Part shown: one piece after another, positions 17,744 to 26,992 of the stretch | How positions within the stretch are numbered: position 1 is the first letter of the stretch | Layout of the letters: the number at the start of each line of letters is the position of its first letter | Origin: Methanobacteriota archaeon | Lineage (GTDB): Archaea; Undinarchaeota; Undinarchaeia; Undinarchaeales; Undinarchaeaceae | NCBI GenBank assembly: GCA_002687935.1 | Contig: NZBN01000010.1 | Location: 1 to 55,615 of the forward strand | Direction of reading: 5' to 3' | Length of the DNA: 55,615 bases | Program-made: the position numbers and the translations under genes | The notes under the pieces: generated by a model | What the model saw: only the letters and a program-made list of their open reading frames with translations | Databases searched by the model: none | What the model was told of the DNA's origin: nothing

Positions 17744-18901
17744 TCACTTCTTCACAACAATCTTAATAACATCGTTGGCTTTCAGTTCGTAATTCGCGCC
17801 TACTTTCTTCTTCGTTCTTGCATCAATTCCACAGAGGAAGGCATCTCCAATATCTGTGTGAATCAAATAAGCGAAGTCCTTCGCCGTCGTACCTGCAGGA
17901 ACAAGATGTACATCAGGCAGAACATTTCCCTTTTTGTCCGTCAGCTTGCTCTCGTCCTCGACAGGATAGACCGGAATCAAATTAAGAGTTTCTGAAACAA
18001 CTTTCTCAAGACATTGCTGAACTCCTGTGCTGCCGTATTTCTCAAGGACATCTCTCTTAATTATTTCCAGAACTTTCATATGCTCGTCGGAAGCCTCCAA
18101 AATTTTGAAGTCAGAATCTCCTGGCTTATATTCTATTATTTCGCTTTCATCAGCCTTTCTCAGCGCCAGCTCGGAATCTGCAGAAGTGGGGACAGAGTTT
18201 TCAAGAAGTTTTGCTGTCTCGAGGTCAATTTTGTTTGCGCAAATCAAAATGGGCATAGATACTTCTCTGAGCGCTGTCGCAAATTTCTTCAAATCTTCCT
18301 CAGGCCAGTCTTTTGCCTTCTCTAAGTCCAATTCAGCCTTTCTTGCCGCCGCGAGGATTTCCCCCTCCTTTACCTTTATACCTGAAAATTTATCTGCAAG
18401 CTCCTTGTGGACTTCTTTCTTCGAATGCGCCGCCTCTCTCGTTATCTTTCCCCAACCCTTCTCTATCAGCGAAAGAAACCAGAGGTCTAGTTCCTTCTCC
18501 AAAAAAGTGACATCTTCTTCCGGGTTGTGGCTTCCAGCCTCACATATCTGACCCTCTGCATCAGTCGAACCTGAAGCGTCGACTACGTGTATAAATGCGT
18601 CCGCCTGTGCAAGGTCGTTGAGAAATTGGTTCCCAAGCCCGCGTCCTTTGTGCGCGTCCGGGACAAGCCCAGCAACGTCGAAAAGCTCAACAGGAATGAA
18701 TCTTGTCCCTTTCTTGCACTTTCCACAGGAGTCTACTAGTTCAGTGCAGGGACAATCTTCTCTGATATAACCGACTCCGCGGTTCGGTTTTATTGTCGTA
18801 AAAGGATAGCTACCAGTTTCTGCATTTCCGAGAGTATTTGCATTAAAGAATGTAGATTTTCCGGCATTCGGCTTTCCCACTACTCCCACAAGTTTTCCCA
18901 T
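17744..18901 (-). CDS. ychF: Obg-family ATPase YchF (archaeal type)
   Basis: GVVGKPNAGKSTFFNA, YPFTTI.PN, DVAGLVPDAH.GRGLGNQFL, NKID, C-terminal TGS domain. Start placed at the ATG at 18901. Confidence 0.93.
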   Translation of the reverse strand: MGKLVGVVGKPNAGKSTFFNANTLGNAETGSYPFTTIKPNRGVGYIREDCPCTELVDSCGKCKKGTRFIPVELFDVAGLVPDAHKGRGLGNQFLNDLAQADAFIHVVDASGSTDAEGQICEAGSHNPEEDVTFLEKELDLWFLSLIEKGWGKITREAAHSKKEVHKELADKFSGIKVKEGEILAAARKAELDLEKAKDWPEEDLKKFATALREVSMPILICANKIDLETAKLLENSVPTSADSELALRKADESEIIEYKPGDSDFKILEASDEHMKVLEIIKRDVLEKYGSTGVQQCLEKVVSETLNLIPVYPVEDESKLTDKKGNVLPDVHLVPAGTTAKDFAYLIHTDIGDAFLCGIDARTKKKVGANYELKANDVIKIVVKK

Positions 18902-18962
18902 GGCACTTCTATGGTCTTTCGGGGTTTTAAACCTTTTATACAAGAAAGTACAGATAACTGAT

Positions 18963-19946
18963 ATGCGTGTTCTAGGAATAGAATCAACAGCTCACACCAT
19001 TGGTATTGGTGTTGTCGAGGATGGCGGAAAAGTCCTTTCCAGCGCCCGCCAGACCTATATTCCTGAAGAAGGTGGGATACTTCCAAGCGAGTCTGCCGAT
19101 TTTCTTTCCTCAAAATTTGAAGAAGTTTTACAGGAGTCTCTTGACGCTTCCGGCTGCTCCTTCAATGATATAGACGGAATTGCCTTTTCACAAGGTCCGG
19201 GTCTCGGTCCCTGTCTTCGTGTCGGCGCAGCAGCAGCAAGATATCTCGCAGTAAAACACAAGAAGCCCTTGATTGGAGTAAATCACTGTATTGCTCATAT
19301 TGAGATTGCAAAAGTCACAACTGGCGCAAAAGACCCAGTCATTCTCTATGTATCTGGTGGAAATTCACAGGTAATAGCATATGCCGAGGGACGCTATCGC
19401 GTCTTCGGAGAAACATTAGATATTGCAGTTGGAAATTGTCTTGATGCATTTTCCCGTGTTCTTGGACTTCAGCACCCTGGAGGACCAAAGATAGAGAAGC
19501 TGGCTTCCAAAGGAAAGAATTACATCGAACTTCCTTATGTTGTCAAAGGAATGGACCTGAGCTTTTCAGGTCTCTACTCAGACCTTAAGCGCAAAAAGCA
19601 ATCGGGACAGTATTCTGATGAAGATCTTTGCCATTCTTTCCAAGAGACAGCATTTGCCATGCTGACAGAGGCAACAGAGAGAGCAATGGCACATCTTGAC
19701 AAAGAAGAAGTTCTCGCTACCGGCGGGGTTGCTGCGAATTCACGACTTCAGAATATGTTGGAGATAATGGCAAAAGAAAGAGGTGCAAAATACTACGGGT
19801 GTCCAAGAGAGCACTGCGGAGATAATGGGGCAATGATTGCCTGGGCTGGCCTTCTTATGCTAAAGTCTAATAATACTCTTGATATAAAAGATTCAAAGAT
19901 AAATCCTACCTTCAGAACAGATGATGTGGATGTGACTTGGCTATGA
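18963..19946 (+). CDS. kae1: KEOPS t6A synthesis protein Kae1
   Basis: VLGIESTAHT, NHCIAHIEI, LYVSGGNSQ, GETLDIAVGN, GGVAAN, DNGAMIA. Start placed at the ATG at 18963. Confidence 0.96.
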   Translation: MRVLGIESTAHTIGIGVVEDGGKVLSSARQTYIPEEGGILPSESADFLSSKFEEVLQESLDASGCSFNDIDGIAFSQGPGLGPCLRVGAAAARYLAVKHKKPLIGVNHCIAHIEIAKVTTGAKDPVILYVSGGNSQVIAYAEGRYRVFGETLDIAVGNCLDAFSRVLGLQHPGGPKIEKLASKGKNYIELPYVVKGMDLSFSGLYSDLKRKKQSGQYSDEDLCHSFQETAFAMLTEATERAMAHLDKEEVLATGGVAANSRLQNMLEIMAKERGAKYYGCPREHCGDNGAMIAWAGLLMLKSNNTLDIKDSKINPTFRTDDVDVTWL

Positions 19947-20851
19947 AAATCTCCGTAATAGGAACAGGAAATCTTGGAAGTGAAATAGCATTTATGCTGG
20001 CTCAGAAAGATCTTGGTGATATAGTTCTTCTCGATATAAACAAGGAACTTGCAGAGGGTCATCAGATTGATATTTTGCACTCGGCTTCCGGAATTGGATA
20101 TTCCGGAACGGTAAGTTATGCTTCCTCTCCTGAGGAAATTTCTGGAAGTAATCTTGTTATAATTACTGCTGGGGCTCCAAGACAGCCCAGTATGTCTAGA
20201 GAAGACCTTCTACATAAAAACGCAGAAATAATCAAATCAATATGTGCCGACATAAAGAAAAATGCCCCGGATTCAATTATACTTCTAACAACGAACCCGA
20301 GTGATATTATGCTTATGCTGGCTCTGCAGGATACTGGCTTTCCATCAGGAAGGGTTCTCGGCCTCGGGAACCTTCTGGACAGCTATCGTCTTCGAAGCTT
20401 AATCGCCAGTGAGACAGGGAAAAATATTACTGAAGTTGAAGCACTCGTTATTGGTCAGCACGGAGACAGAATGCTTCCTGTATTGTCAAGCTGCAAAGTT
20501 TCCGGGAAGTCTCTCTCTGAGCTTTTGGATGCTGATAAAATAAGCGAAATTTTTGAAAGGACCAAGTCAGCGGCTTCCAAACTTATCTCTAAAAAGGGCG
20601 CAACCGTCTTCGGTCCGGCCTCAGCAACAGTTGAAATTGCTGAGTCAATAATCAAAGACTTGAAAAAAGAGCTCCCAGTTATTGCTTCTCTGAATGGAGA
20701 ATATGCTTTATTTGAAGTTTCTATGGGAATTACCGGTATCCTCGGAAAATCCGGTCTTGAAAGTATTTCTGAACTGGAATTAAATGAGTCTGAGAAAAAA
20801 AATCTTCAGGAAACATCTACTTTTCTTAAGAAAAAGTTTTCAGAAATTTAG
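19937..20851 (+). CDS. mdh: malate dehydrogenase (LDH/MDH family)
   Basis: GTGNLG, ITAGAPRQPSMSREDL (Arg at the MDH specificity position), NPSD, LDSYR, GQHGD. Confidence 0.85.
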   Translation: MAMKISVIGTGNLGSEIAFMLAQKDLGDIVLLDINKELAEGHQIDILHSASGIGYSGTVSYASSPEEISGSNLVIITAGAPRQPSMSREDLLHKNAEIIKSICADIKKNAPDSIILLTTNPSDIMLMLALQDTGFPSGRVLGLGNLLDSYRLRSLIASETGKNITEVEALVIGQHGDRMLPVLSSCKVSGKSLSELLDADKISEIFERTKSAASKLISKKGATVFGPASATVEIAESIIKDLKKELPVIASLNGEYALFEVSMGITGILGKSGLESISELELNESEKKNLQETSTFLKKKFSEI

Positions 20852-21345
20852 GACTCGTATTCTCGCAGTTTTATTCCAGCCTCTTCAAGTAGAGAAAGTG
20901 AGTCTTTGTCATCATAATTTTTCATATAAATGACTTCCTTTACCCCTGCGTTGGCAATCATTTTTGCGCAGGTGTAGCACGGCGTGTGAGTGCAATAAAG
21001 TGTTGCACCTTCTACACCAACTCCGAAAAGTGCTGCCTGAATTATTGCATTCTGTTCAGCATGAACTGTTCTGCTACAGTGATCTCGCAGGTTTTCAGGG
21101 TTTTCCCCGGCCTTGATAACATTACACCCAACTTCAGAACAGTGTTTTGTCCCTCTTGAAGCTCCATTATACCCGGTTGATATTATTCTGCGATTCTTTA
21201 CCAGTATTGCTCCGACCTTTGCCCTGTTGCAGGTAGAGCGCTCCTTCACAAGATTGGTTATATCAATAAAATAAGTGTCCCAACTGGTTCTATTCTTCTC
21301 AGCCTCCTCGTTGGGAAGCGAATAATGAGGTGTTTCGTTTTCCAT
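20848..21345 (-). CDS. dCMP/deoxycytidylate deaminase (ComEB-like)
   Basis: SWDTYF, RSTCNRAKVGA, TGYNG, HAEQNAI, PCYTCAK zinc motif. Confidence 0.92.
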   Translation of the reverse strand: MENETPHYSLPNEEAEKNRTSWDTYFIDITNLVKERSTCNRAKVGAILVKNRRIISTGYNGASRGTKHCSEVGCNVIKAGENPENLRDHCSRTVHAEQNAIIQAALFGVGVEGATLYCTHTPCYTCAKMIANAGVKEVIYMKNYDDKDSLSLLEEAGIKLREYES

Positions 21346-21386
21346 ACTCCCAAATCTTATTAATGTCCTTCTCTATTTATATTTTC

Positions 21387-21992
21387 ATGAATAAGTTGCT
21401 GAAGGTGGGAGCTGAAGCGAAGCTTTCTCTTGAAGAGGGTATTGTAATCAAAGAAAGAATCTCAAAAGGCTACAGATTGCCTGAGATAGATGCTTCTCTA
21501 AGAAATAAAAGAACCCGTAGGGAGGCAAGTCTTCTCGATAAGGCAAGGCGAGCCCAGCTAAAAGTTCCTGCAGTCAAGAATCTTGACAAGGATACTAATA
21601 CAATATCGATGGAATTTATAGACGGCGATATGTTTCACAAAGTCATGGGTTCATCACTTTCAAAAAAACTCGGCTCTGAACTTGCAAAGCTCCATGATGC
21701 AGGTCTTATTCACGGAGACCTTACGACATCAAATATTCTTGTAAAGTCCAAGGACATATATCTCATTGATTTTGGTCTTGGAGAGGTTTCAGATTCAATT
21801 GAAAAAAAGGCAGTTGATATCAGAGTTTTGAAGGAGTCAATCAAGGCAAGTCATCCAAAGGATTCTGATAAATATATTGAATCAATAATCTCTGGATATT
21901 CTTCTTCTGAAAATTCCGATGCTGTTATGGAGCGCCTTGAACAAGTTGAGGGTAGAGGTCGTTACAAGAAAAAGGTGAAAAAAGTAAAATGA
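21387..21992 (+). CDS. bud32: KEOPS kinase Bud32
   Basis: GAEA, KERISKGYRLPEID..LR..RTRREA, HGDLTTSN, LIDFGL, AVDI.VL, RGRY. Confidence 0.93.
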   Translation: MNKLLKVGAEAKLSLEEGIVIKERISKGYRLPEIDASLRNKRTRREASLLDKARRAQLKVPAVKNLDKDTNTISMEFIDGDMFHKVMGSSLSKKLGSELAKLHDAGLIHGDLTTSNILVKSKDIYLIDFGLGEVSDSIEKKAVDIRVLKESIKASHPKDSDKYIESIISGYSSSENSDAVMERLEQVEGRGRYKKKVKKVK

Positions 21993-22405
21993 AAATTTAC
22001 ACGCAGTCAGATAATGAATGGTTTGGAAGATTTTCGGAAGACTCCGAGCTTAAGGAGAGTATTTTAGAGCTAGCAAAAGAGAAGGGGGTAGAGTCTGGAT
22101 ATTTTACTATAATAGGGGCTGTGAAAAACAGTCGTTTTTCTTATTACGATCAAACACAGAAACAATATCGTGAGATGCGCCTTGACGAACACGCGGAAAT
22201 ACTGAATTGCACCGGCAATATAAGTCTTCTCGAGGGGAAGCCTTTTATCCATGCCCATATAACATTTGCAGATTCTGAAGGAAGATCTTATGGTGGGCAT
22301 CTTGTAGGGGCAAGAATTTTTGCCGCTGAAATATACCTAAAAAAATTCCCAAATTCTCTTGAAAGAGAGCCGGATGAAAGTACAGGACTCCAATTACTAA
22401 AATGA
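21989..22405 (+). CDS. PPC/DUF296 domain protein
   Basis: IIGAV, EILNCTGNIS, FIHAHITFAD...GGHL. Confidence 0.9.
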   Translation: MKIYTQSDNEWFGRFSEDSELKESILELAKEKGVESGYFTIIGAVKNSRFSYYDQTQKQYREMRLDEHAEILNCTGNISLLEGKPFIHAHITFADSEGRSYGGHLVGARIFAAEIYLKKFPNSLEREPDESTGLQLLK

Positions 22406-22953
22406 GATATTACTTTGCAACTTCAAATGCTTCGAAATTCAAGGAAATTTCTGCGTTTTTTAATGCTGCAGACTTAGACTTAGAACACTGTGAAATTGAG
22501 CTGGAAGAGCTCCAAGCTGATACATTCGAGGAAATAGCTCTTCACAGTGCAAGAAAAGCGCATGAATCGCTTGATAAGCCTGTATTTGTCGAAGATGCCG
22601 GCATTTCAGTTGACGCTTTGGATGGTTTTCCTGGCCCTTTTACAAAATATGTGTTTTACACTATAGGAATTCAGGGATTGCTCAAGCTTTTGGAAGGTGT
22701 TTCCGACAGAAAAGCGGAGTACCACTCCGTATTAGCATACAAGGACGAAAATCAAGAAAAAGTATTTAAAGGTAGTTGTAGAGGTAGTATAGCGCGAGAG
22801 CACCGTGGTAATGAAGGTTGGGGATGGGATCCGGTGTTTATTCCTGAAGGGAAGGACTTCACTTTTGGTGAAAATTATTCTTCCAAAAAGGAATATTCTC
22901 ATCGCGCACAGAGTGCAAAGGCGCTCGTAGATTGGCTAAAAACTAATGGCTAG
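22402..22953 (+). CDS. rdgB: non-canonical purine NTP pyrophosphatase (RdgB/HAM1)
   Basis: FATSNASK, VEDAG, GFPGPF, GWGWDPVFIP, SHRAQS. Confidence 0.93.
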   Translation: MRYYFATSNASKFKEISAFFNAADLDLEHCEIELEELQADTFEEIALHSARKAHESLDKPVFVEDAGISVDALDGFPGPFTKYVFYTIGIQGLLKLLEGVSDRKAEYHSVLAYKDENQEKVFKGSCRGSIAREHRGNEGWGWDPVFIPEGKDFTFGENYSSKKEYSHRAQSAKALVDWLKTNG

Positions 22954-23392
22954 AATGTATTCAAGAAATAAGGGAAAATCAGGCTCAGAAAGGCCGCTTA
23001 ATCGCGAGAGTCCTGAGTGGGTTACACTTTCTTCGGCAGAAGTCGAAAAACTCGTAAAGAAGCTATCATCTGAGGGCGTTTCCCCTGCTCAGATAGGTCT
23101 TCGTCTAAGAGATGAATACGGAGTTCCTGATGTAAAAGCCCTCACAGGAAAAAGACTTTCATCAATTATAGAGTCAGATGATGAGGCACTTCCTCACGAT
23201 TTGTCAGATTTAGTTTCAAAAGCTAAGCAACTCAAAACACATCTTCTTAAATCAAGAAAGGATTTGAGTGCAAAAAGAGGACTCGATTTTACAGAGGCAA
23301 AGATAAGAAAACTTGGAAAATATTACGTATCTTCAGGAAAACTTCCAAAAAGCTGGAAATATACAAAAGCAATGAGTGAGGTTTCAGAATAA
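22946..23392 (+). CDS. rps15: 30S ribosomal protein S15 (archaeal uS15)
   Basis: MARMYSRNKGKSGS, IGLRLRDEYGVP, KIRKLGKYY. Confidence 0.96.
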   Translation: MARMYSRNKGKSGSERPLNRESPEWVTLSSAEVEKLVKKLSSEGVSPAQIGLRLRDEYGVPDVKALTGKRLSSIIESDDEALPHDLSDLVSKAKQLKTHLLKSRKDLSAKRGLDFTEAKIRKLGKYYVSSGKLPKSWKYTKAMSEVSE

Positions 23393-23393
23393 T

Positions 23394-23972
23394 ATGGCAG
23401 CACCAAGGACAGTGGACAAGTGGAAGTCGAAGAAGTGGTATTCAGTAATTGCTCCTGACATCTTCAAAAATGTTATCCTTGGCGACACAGTTGCAGCCAA
23501 TTCCAGAATAATTCCTGGTCGAATTGTAGAGGCAAATCTTTCAGACGTTGTTGCAGGCTATGATTCTCGAAGACCGACAAAAAAACTAAGATTCAAAATA
23601 AAAGATGTTCAGGGAGAGAAGGCAAATACACTTTTCCTTGGGCACAGACTTCACAATGAGTTTGAACGTGGTCTTGCTAGAAAAAATTCAAGTAAAGTAT
23701 ATTCAAACGATGTTCTTTCCACTAGTGACGGAAAGAAAATCAGGTTAAAGGGTGTTCTTGTAACCACATCTCCTGTAAATCAGGCAATAAAACAGGATAT
23801 GAGGGTCAAATATCAGGAAATTATCAAAAAGGAAGCTTCATCAAAAAAGCGTGATGAGTTTATTCATTTTATTCTTTCAGGAAAGCTGTCCGGAAAGCTC
23901 AGGTCAGAAATAAAAAGCATAGCTTCCTTAAAACATGCGTTAATTCAGAAGACAGAGCTTATTGCTGAATAA
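23394..23972 (+). CDS. rps3ae: 30S ribosomal protein S3Ae
   Basis: DKWKSKKWYSVIAP, GRIVEANLSD, KLRFKI; follows rps15. Confidence 0.93.
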   Translation: MAAPRTVDKWKSKKWYSVIAPDIFKNVILGDTVAANSRIIPGRIVEANLSDVVAGYDSRRPTKKLRFKIKDVQGEKANTLFLGHRLHNEFERGLARKNSSKVYSNDVLSTSDGKKIRLKGVLVTTSPVNQAIKQDMRVKYQEIIKKEASSKKRDEFIHFILSGKLSGKLRSEIKSIASLKHALIQKTELIAE

Positions 23973-24167
23973 GATTTTGTTTTTGCATTGACTTCAACAC
24001 TACCCTTTTATACTTCCTAAGTCACTTATTTTAGCGCAATGAAGAAGTGAACACCCTCTGATTGCCCCAAAAATGATGAACGGTTGGTAGCTTCTGAGCA
24101 ACATACTCTTTCTATTTTCTTGTATCTATTCGCAATTGTTTTATATCCACTCTTCATAGTTCCTTTC

Positions 24168-25517
24168 ATGGAAAAACTCCTCAAAGAGGTCCTGAAAAGA
24201 GTAAATCCTTCAAAAGAAGAGATTGATGCAATTTCTGAATTCACTAAAAAGGTTCTAAAAACTGCAAAGAGTCTCGGTGTTGAGGCCACAGTCCAGGGCT
24301 CAATTGCCAAAGATACATGGGTTTCTGGAACTCACGATCTTGATGTTTTTATTTGTTTCAATGAGGATGTTCCACGCTCCCGCCTGGAGAAAGACGGAAT
24401 TTCATTCGGAAAGAAAATAATCAAGGAACTTGGAGGAAAGCCTGAACTTGTCTATGCTGAACATCCATATACAAAAAGCACAATTGCTGGGTTTGTTCTT
24501 GATATAGTTCCCTGCTACAAACTGGAATCTGCGTCAAAAATAAAGAGTGCTGTGGACAGGACTCCCTTTCACACTGAATACATTCTCAAAAATTTCTCAG
24601 GAAAGCAGACATCTGAGGTCCGTCTTCTCAAAAGATTCATGAAGGGTATAGGAGTATACGGGGCTAAGGAGAAAGTCCGGGGCTTCTCTGGTTATCTTTG
24701 CGAACTTCTGATTCTGGAATATGGAAGTTTCTTGGACTTGATTTCTGCCGCAGGAAAGTGGAAAGTAGGTCAGTCACTTGACAAGGAAAAGTTCGGAACA
24801 GCAAAAAACTTCGATGATTCTCTTATCGTTATAGACCCAACAGATAAGAATAGAAATGTTGCCGCGGCTCTGGATAAGGATAAGTATGAAATATTCATTA
24901 AAGCTTCTCGTGAATTTCAGAGAAAACACAAAATCGAATTCTTCTTCCCAAATGAAGTAAAAAGCTTTTCAAAAGAGAGTTTAAAAAAAGAGCTTTCTAA
25001 AAGAGGACATTTGGCAATTCTGGAGTTCAAGCCCCCGAAAGTTGTTGAAGATATATTGTATTCACAATTAAGAAAGAGTGCACATACTATCGTAGCTTTT
25101 ATGAAAAGGGCACATTTTCCAGTTCTCGGATATTCATATACATCAGGAGACTTTTCCCATATCCTTTTAGATCTGGAGATTGCGTCTCTTCCTGATAAAC
25201 AGAAGGTGGATGGACCTCCAACTGATGTTGACCAGAAATTCCAGGACGAATTTGCGAAAAAACACAAAAAGAATAAGACCTGGATTTCAGGAGGTCGCTG
25301 GCATGTTGAAATTGACAGAGTTCACAGGACTCCTGAGTCATTATTAAATGAAATAATTAAAAGTCCTAAAGATTATGGAATCGGCAAGTATGTTGCAGAA
25401 TCTCTTTCTAAGGAGTGTAAACTATTATCTTCTGCGGAGATTCTGGACTCAGATTCTGAGGAACTTGCTAAGTTTATCACAAGTTATCTTTCAAAGAAGA
25501 AACCATGGGAGTGGTAG
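24168..25517 (+). CDS. cca: CCA-adding tRNA nucleotidyltransferase (class I, archaeal)
   Basis: GSIAKDTW...DLDVF, YAEHPY, DIVPCY, AVDRTPFH, GFSGYLCELL. Start placed at the ATG at 24168. Confidence 0.96.
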   Translation: MEKLLKEVLKRVNPSKEEIDAISEFTKKVLKTAKSLGVEATVQGSIAKDTWVSGTHDLDVFICFNEDVPRSRLEKDGISFGKKIIKELGGKPELVYAEHPYTKSTIAGFVLDIVPCYKLESASKIKSAVDRTPFHTEYILKNFSGKQTSEVRLLKRFMKGIGVYGAKEKVRGFSGYLCELLILEYGSFLDLISAAGKWKVGQSLDKEKFGTAKNFDDSLIVIDPTDKNRNVAAALDKDKYEIFIKASREFQRKHKIEFFFPNEVKSFSKESLKKELSKRGHLAILEFKPPKVVEDILYSQLRKSAHTIVAFMKRAHFPVLGYSYTSGDFSHILLDLEIASLPDKQKVDGPPTDVDQKFQDEFAKKHKKNKTWISGGRWHVEIDRVHRTPESLLNEIIKSPKDYGIGKYVAESLSKECKLLSSAEILDSDSEELAKFITSYLSKKKPWEW

Positions 25518-25533
25518 ACAATTATAGTCTTAT

Positions 25534-25653
25534 CTATTCGTCGTCGTCTTCTCCGTTGTCTTCTTCGTCCTCACTGTAGTTGTCATCATCATCATCTTCG
25601 AAACTTTCTTCGTCTTCGTCGTCTTCCCTATCGTAGTGTTCTTTGTCTTCCAT
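25534..25653 (-). CDS. 39-aa highly acidic microprotein (not in the ORF track)
   Basis: MEDKEHYDREDDEDEESFEDDDDDNYSEDEEDNGEDDDE*; GGAGGT SD 4 nt upstream of the ATG; TATA-like ATTTATAT further upstream. Confidence 0.7.
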   Translation of the reverse strand: MEDKEHYDREDDEDEESFEDDDDDNYSEDEEDNGEDDDE

Positions 25654-25708
25654 TTTTACCTCCAAATGAAATTACTATAGGGCTCCGTTCAGGAATATAA
25701 ATATTTTT

Positions 25709-25800
25709 CTATAAATCAGAACTTTGCACCTTTAGTCTATTCTGCACCTAAAGTCACGATTTTCAGCTACATTAAGTGCAAAGCTATAAATCAGAACTTT
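25709..25800. repeat. direct repeat bracketing a 62-bp segment with 8-bp terminal inverted repeats
   Basis: CTATAAATCAGAACTTT at 25709-25725 and 25784-25800; CTTTGCAC (25722-25729) and GTGCAAAG (25776-25783). Confidence 0.75.
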
Positions 25801-26206
25801 CACGGTTTATTTCAATTATCTCATCAAGTCGTTTTCCGTCATCATAAGCAAAACTTTTTGAAATTTTGAAATTTTCACCTTTAGTCATCTGTATCTTCGC
25901 CATATCAAGAAATATCCAATCACTTCCTCCAAACTTGACTGCAATCCAGGGTTTTGCCCCAAAGGTCTGTGAGAATGTTATTAGTTTTACAATTTCTTCA
26001 TAACTAAGGTGAACATAATCTCCAGCAACGGACTTACATTCAAATGCAAAAGTCGTCTTTCCGTCGCTTGCCACAACATCAGGGCATGGTCTTCTCGATA
26101 CTCCGCTTCCCGCCGCTCTAAGTGCCGCGAAGCCCCGTTCCCAGAGCATTCCAATCAGCTCGCGCTCAGCTCTTGCCCCTTTTCCGTATTTGTCTTTTAC
26201 TGCCAC
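25784..26206 (-). CDS. hjc: Holliday junction resolvase Hjc
   Basis: YGKGARAERELIGML...GFAALRAAGSG...PDVVA...FECKS PD-(D/E)xK motif. Confidence 0.93.
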   Translation of the reverse strand: MAVKDKYGKGARAERELIGMLWERGFAALRAAGSGVSRRPCPDVVASDGKTTFAFECKSVAGDYVHLSYEEIVKLITFSQTFGAKPWIAVKFGGSDWIFLDMAKIQMTKGENFKISKSFAYDDGKRLDEIIEINRESSDL

Positions 26207-26243
26207 TAAAAACTTAAATATCTCTAGCCTATTAAAATTAACT

Positions 26244-26843
26244 ATGGCGAAAAAGAAAGAGAGAACTGGAGAATGGTGGAGAAAGTATACAAAACGCTAT
26301 ATAGATGAAGATGTTTCCCAGAAAAAAGTTCCAAACAGGCTGAAGAGAAAGCAAGTTCCGAAACAAAAAGCACAGGAACTTCCGTATATTGGTTTTTCAG
26401 AACCTTTCAAGGATATTCAAAACCTTTCAAAGGGAATAAACCAGATGTTTACAGATATGCTGAATCGGGACTTTTCCAAATCCCCTGAGCTTCCAAGGAC
26501 TCTCAAGATGCAGGAAGGTCTCTTTCGTCAGCCGATTGTTCAGGTAAAAGAGGGAAAGAAAGACCTAATTGTAAAAGTCGAGCTCCCTGGTCTAAGAAAG
26601 GATGATATAAATCTAAAAGTTGAGGGAAGTCACCTAATAATAGATGCCAGTATAAAATCAGATAAAAAACAGAAAGATTCAGGTTATATTGGCTTTTCAT
26701 CCAATTATATGGGTTTCAGAAACGTTGTCAGGCTTCCGGTTCCTGTTGATAAAAACCTCAGTAGGGCCACTTACAAGTCCGGTATACTTACTATAATCTT
26801 AAGAAAACTCCCTCCAGGTGAAGGCGAAATCGATATAGAGTAG
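26244..26843 (+). CDS. small heat-shock protein (Hsp20/alpha-crystallin family)
   Basis: VKVELPGLRKDDINL, LPVPVD...ATYKSGILTIIL, C-terminal IDIE. Start placed at the ATG at 26244. Confidence 0.88.
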   Translation: MAKKKERTGEWWRKYTKRYIDEDVSQKKVPNRLKRKQVPKQKAQELPYIGFSEPFKDIQNLSKGINQMFTDMLNRDFSKSPELPRTLKMQEGLFRQPIVQVKEGKKDLIVKVELPGLRKDDINLKVEGSHLIIDASIKSDKKQKDSGYIGFSSNYMGFRNVVRLPVPVDKNLSRATYKSGILTIILRKLPPGEGEIDIE

Positions 26844-26883
26844 TGGAATATTATTTAAGACTCTTAGCTCATAGTTTCTGCGT

Positions 26884-26955
26884 GCCTCAGTAGCTCAGTG
26901 GTAGAGCGCGTCATTGGTAATGACGAGGTCGCGAGTTCAACTCTCGTCTGAGGCT
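26884..26955 (+). tRNA. tRNA-Thr(GGT)
   Basis: GCCTCAG/CTGAGGC acceptor; CGTCA-TTGGTAA-TGACG anticodon arm; GTTCAA T-loop; U discriminator; CCA not encoded. Confidence 0.96.
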
Positions 26956-26992
26956 TAGTAAACTCTATATATTTTCTTAACCATGTTTATTT

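Noticed and set aside
24026-24167. Possible small gene between rps3ae and cca (e.g. KEOPS Pcc1), or a TM extension on Cca
   Set aside because: The 43-aa minus frame has no Pcc1-like pattern and no room for a divergent promoter; the hydrophobic 28-aa Cca extension has no precedent I can cite.
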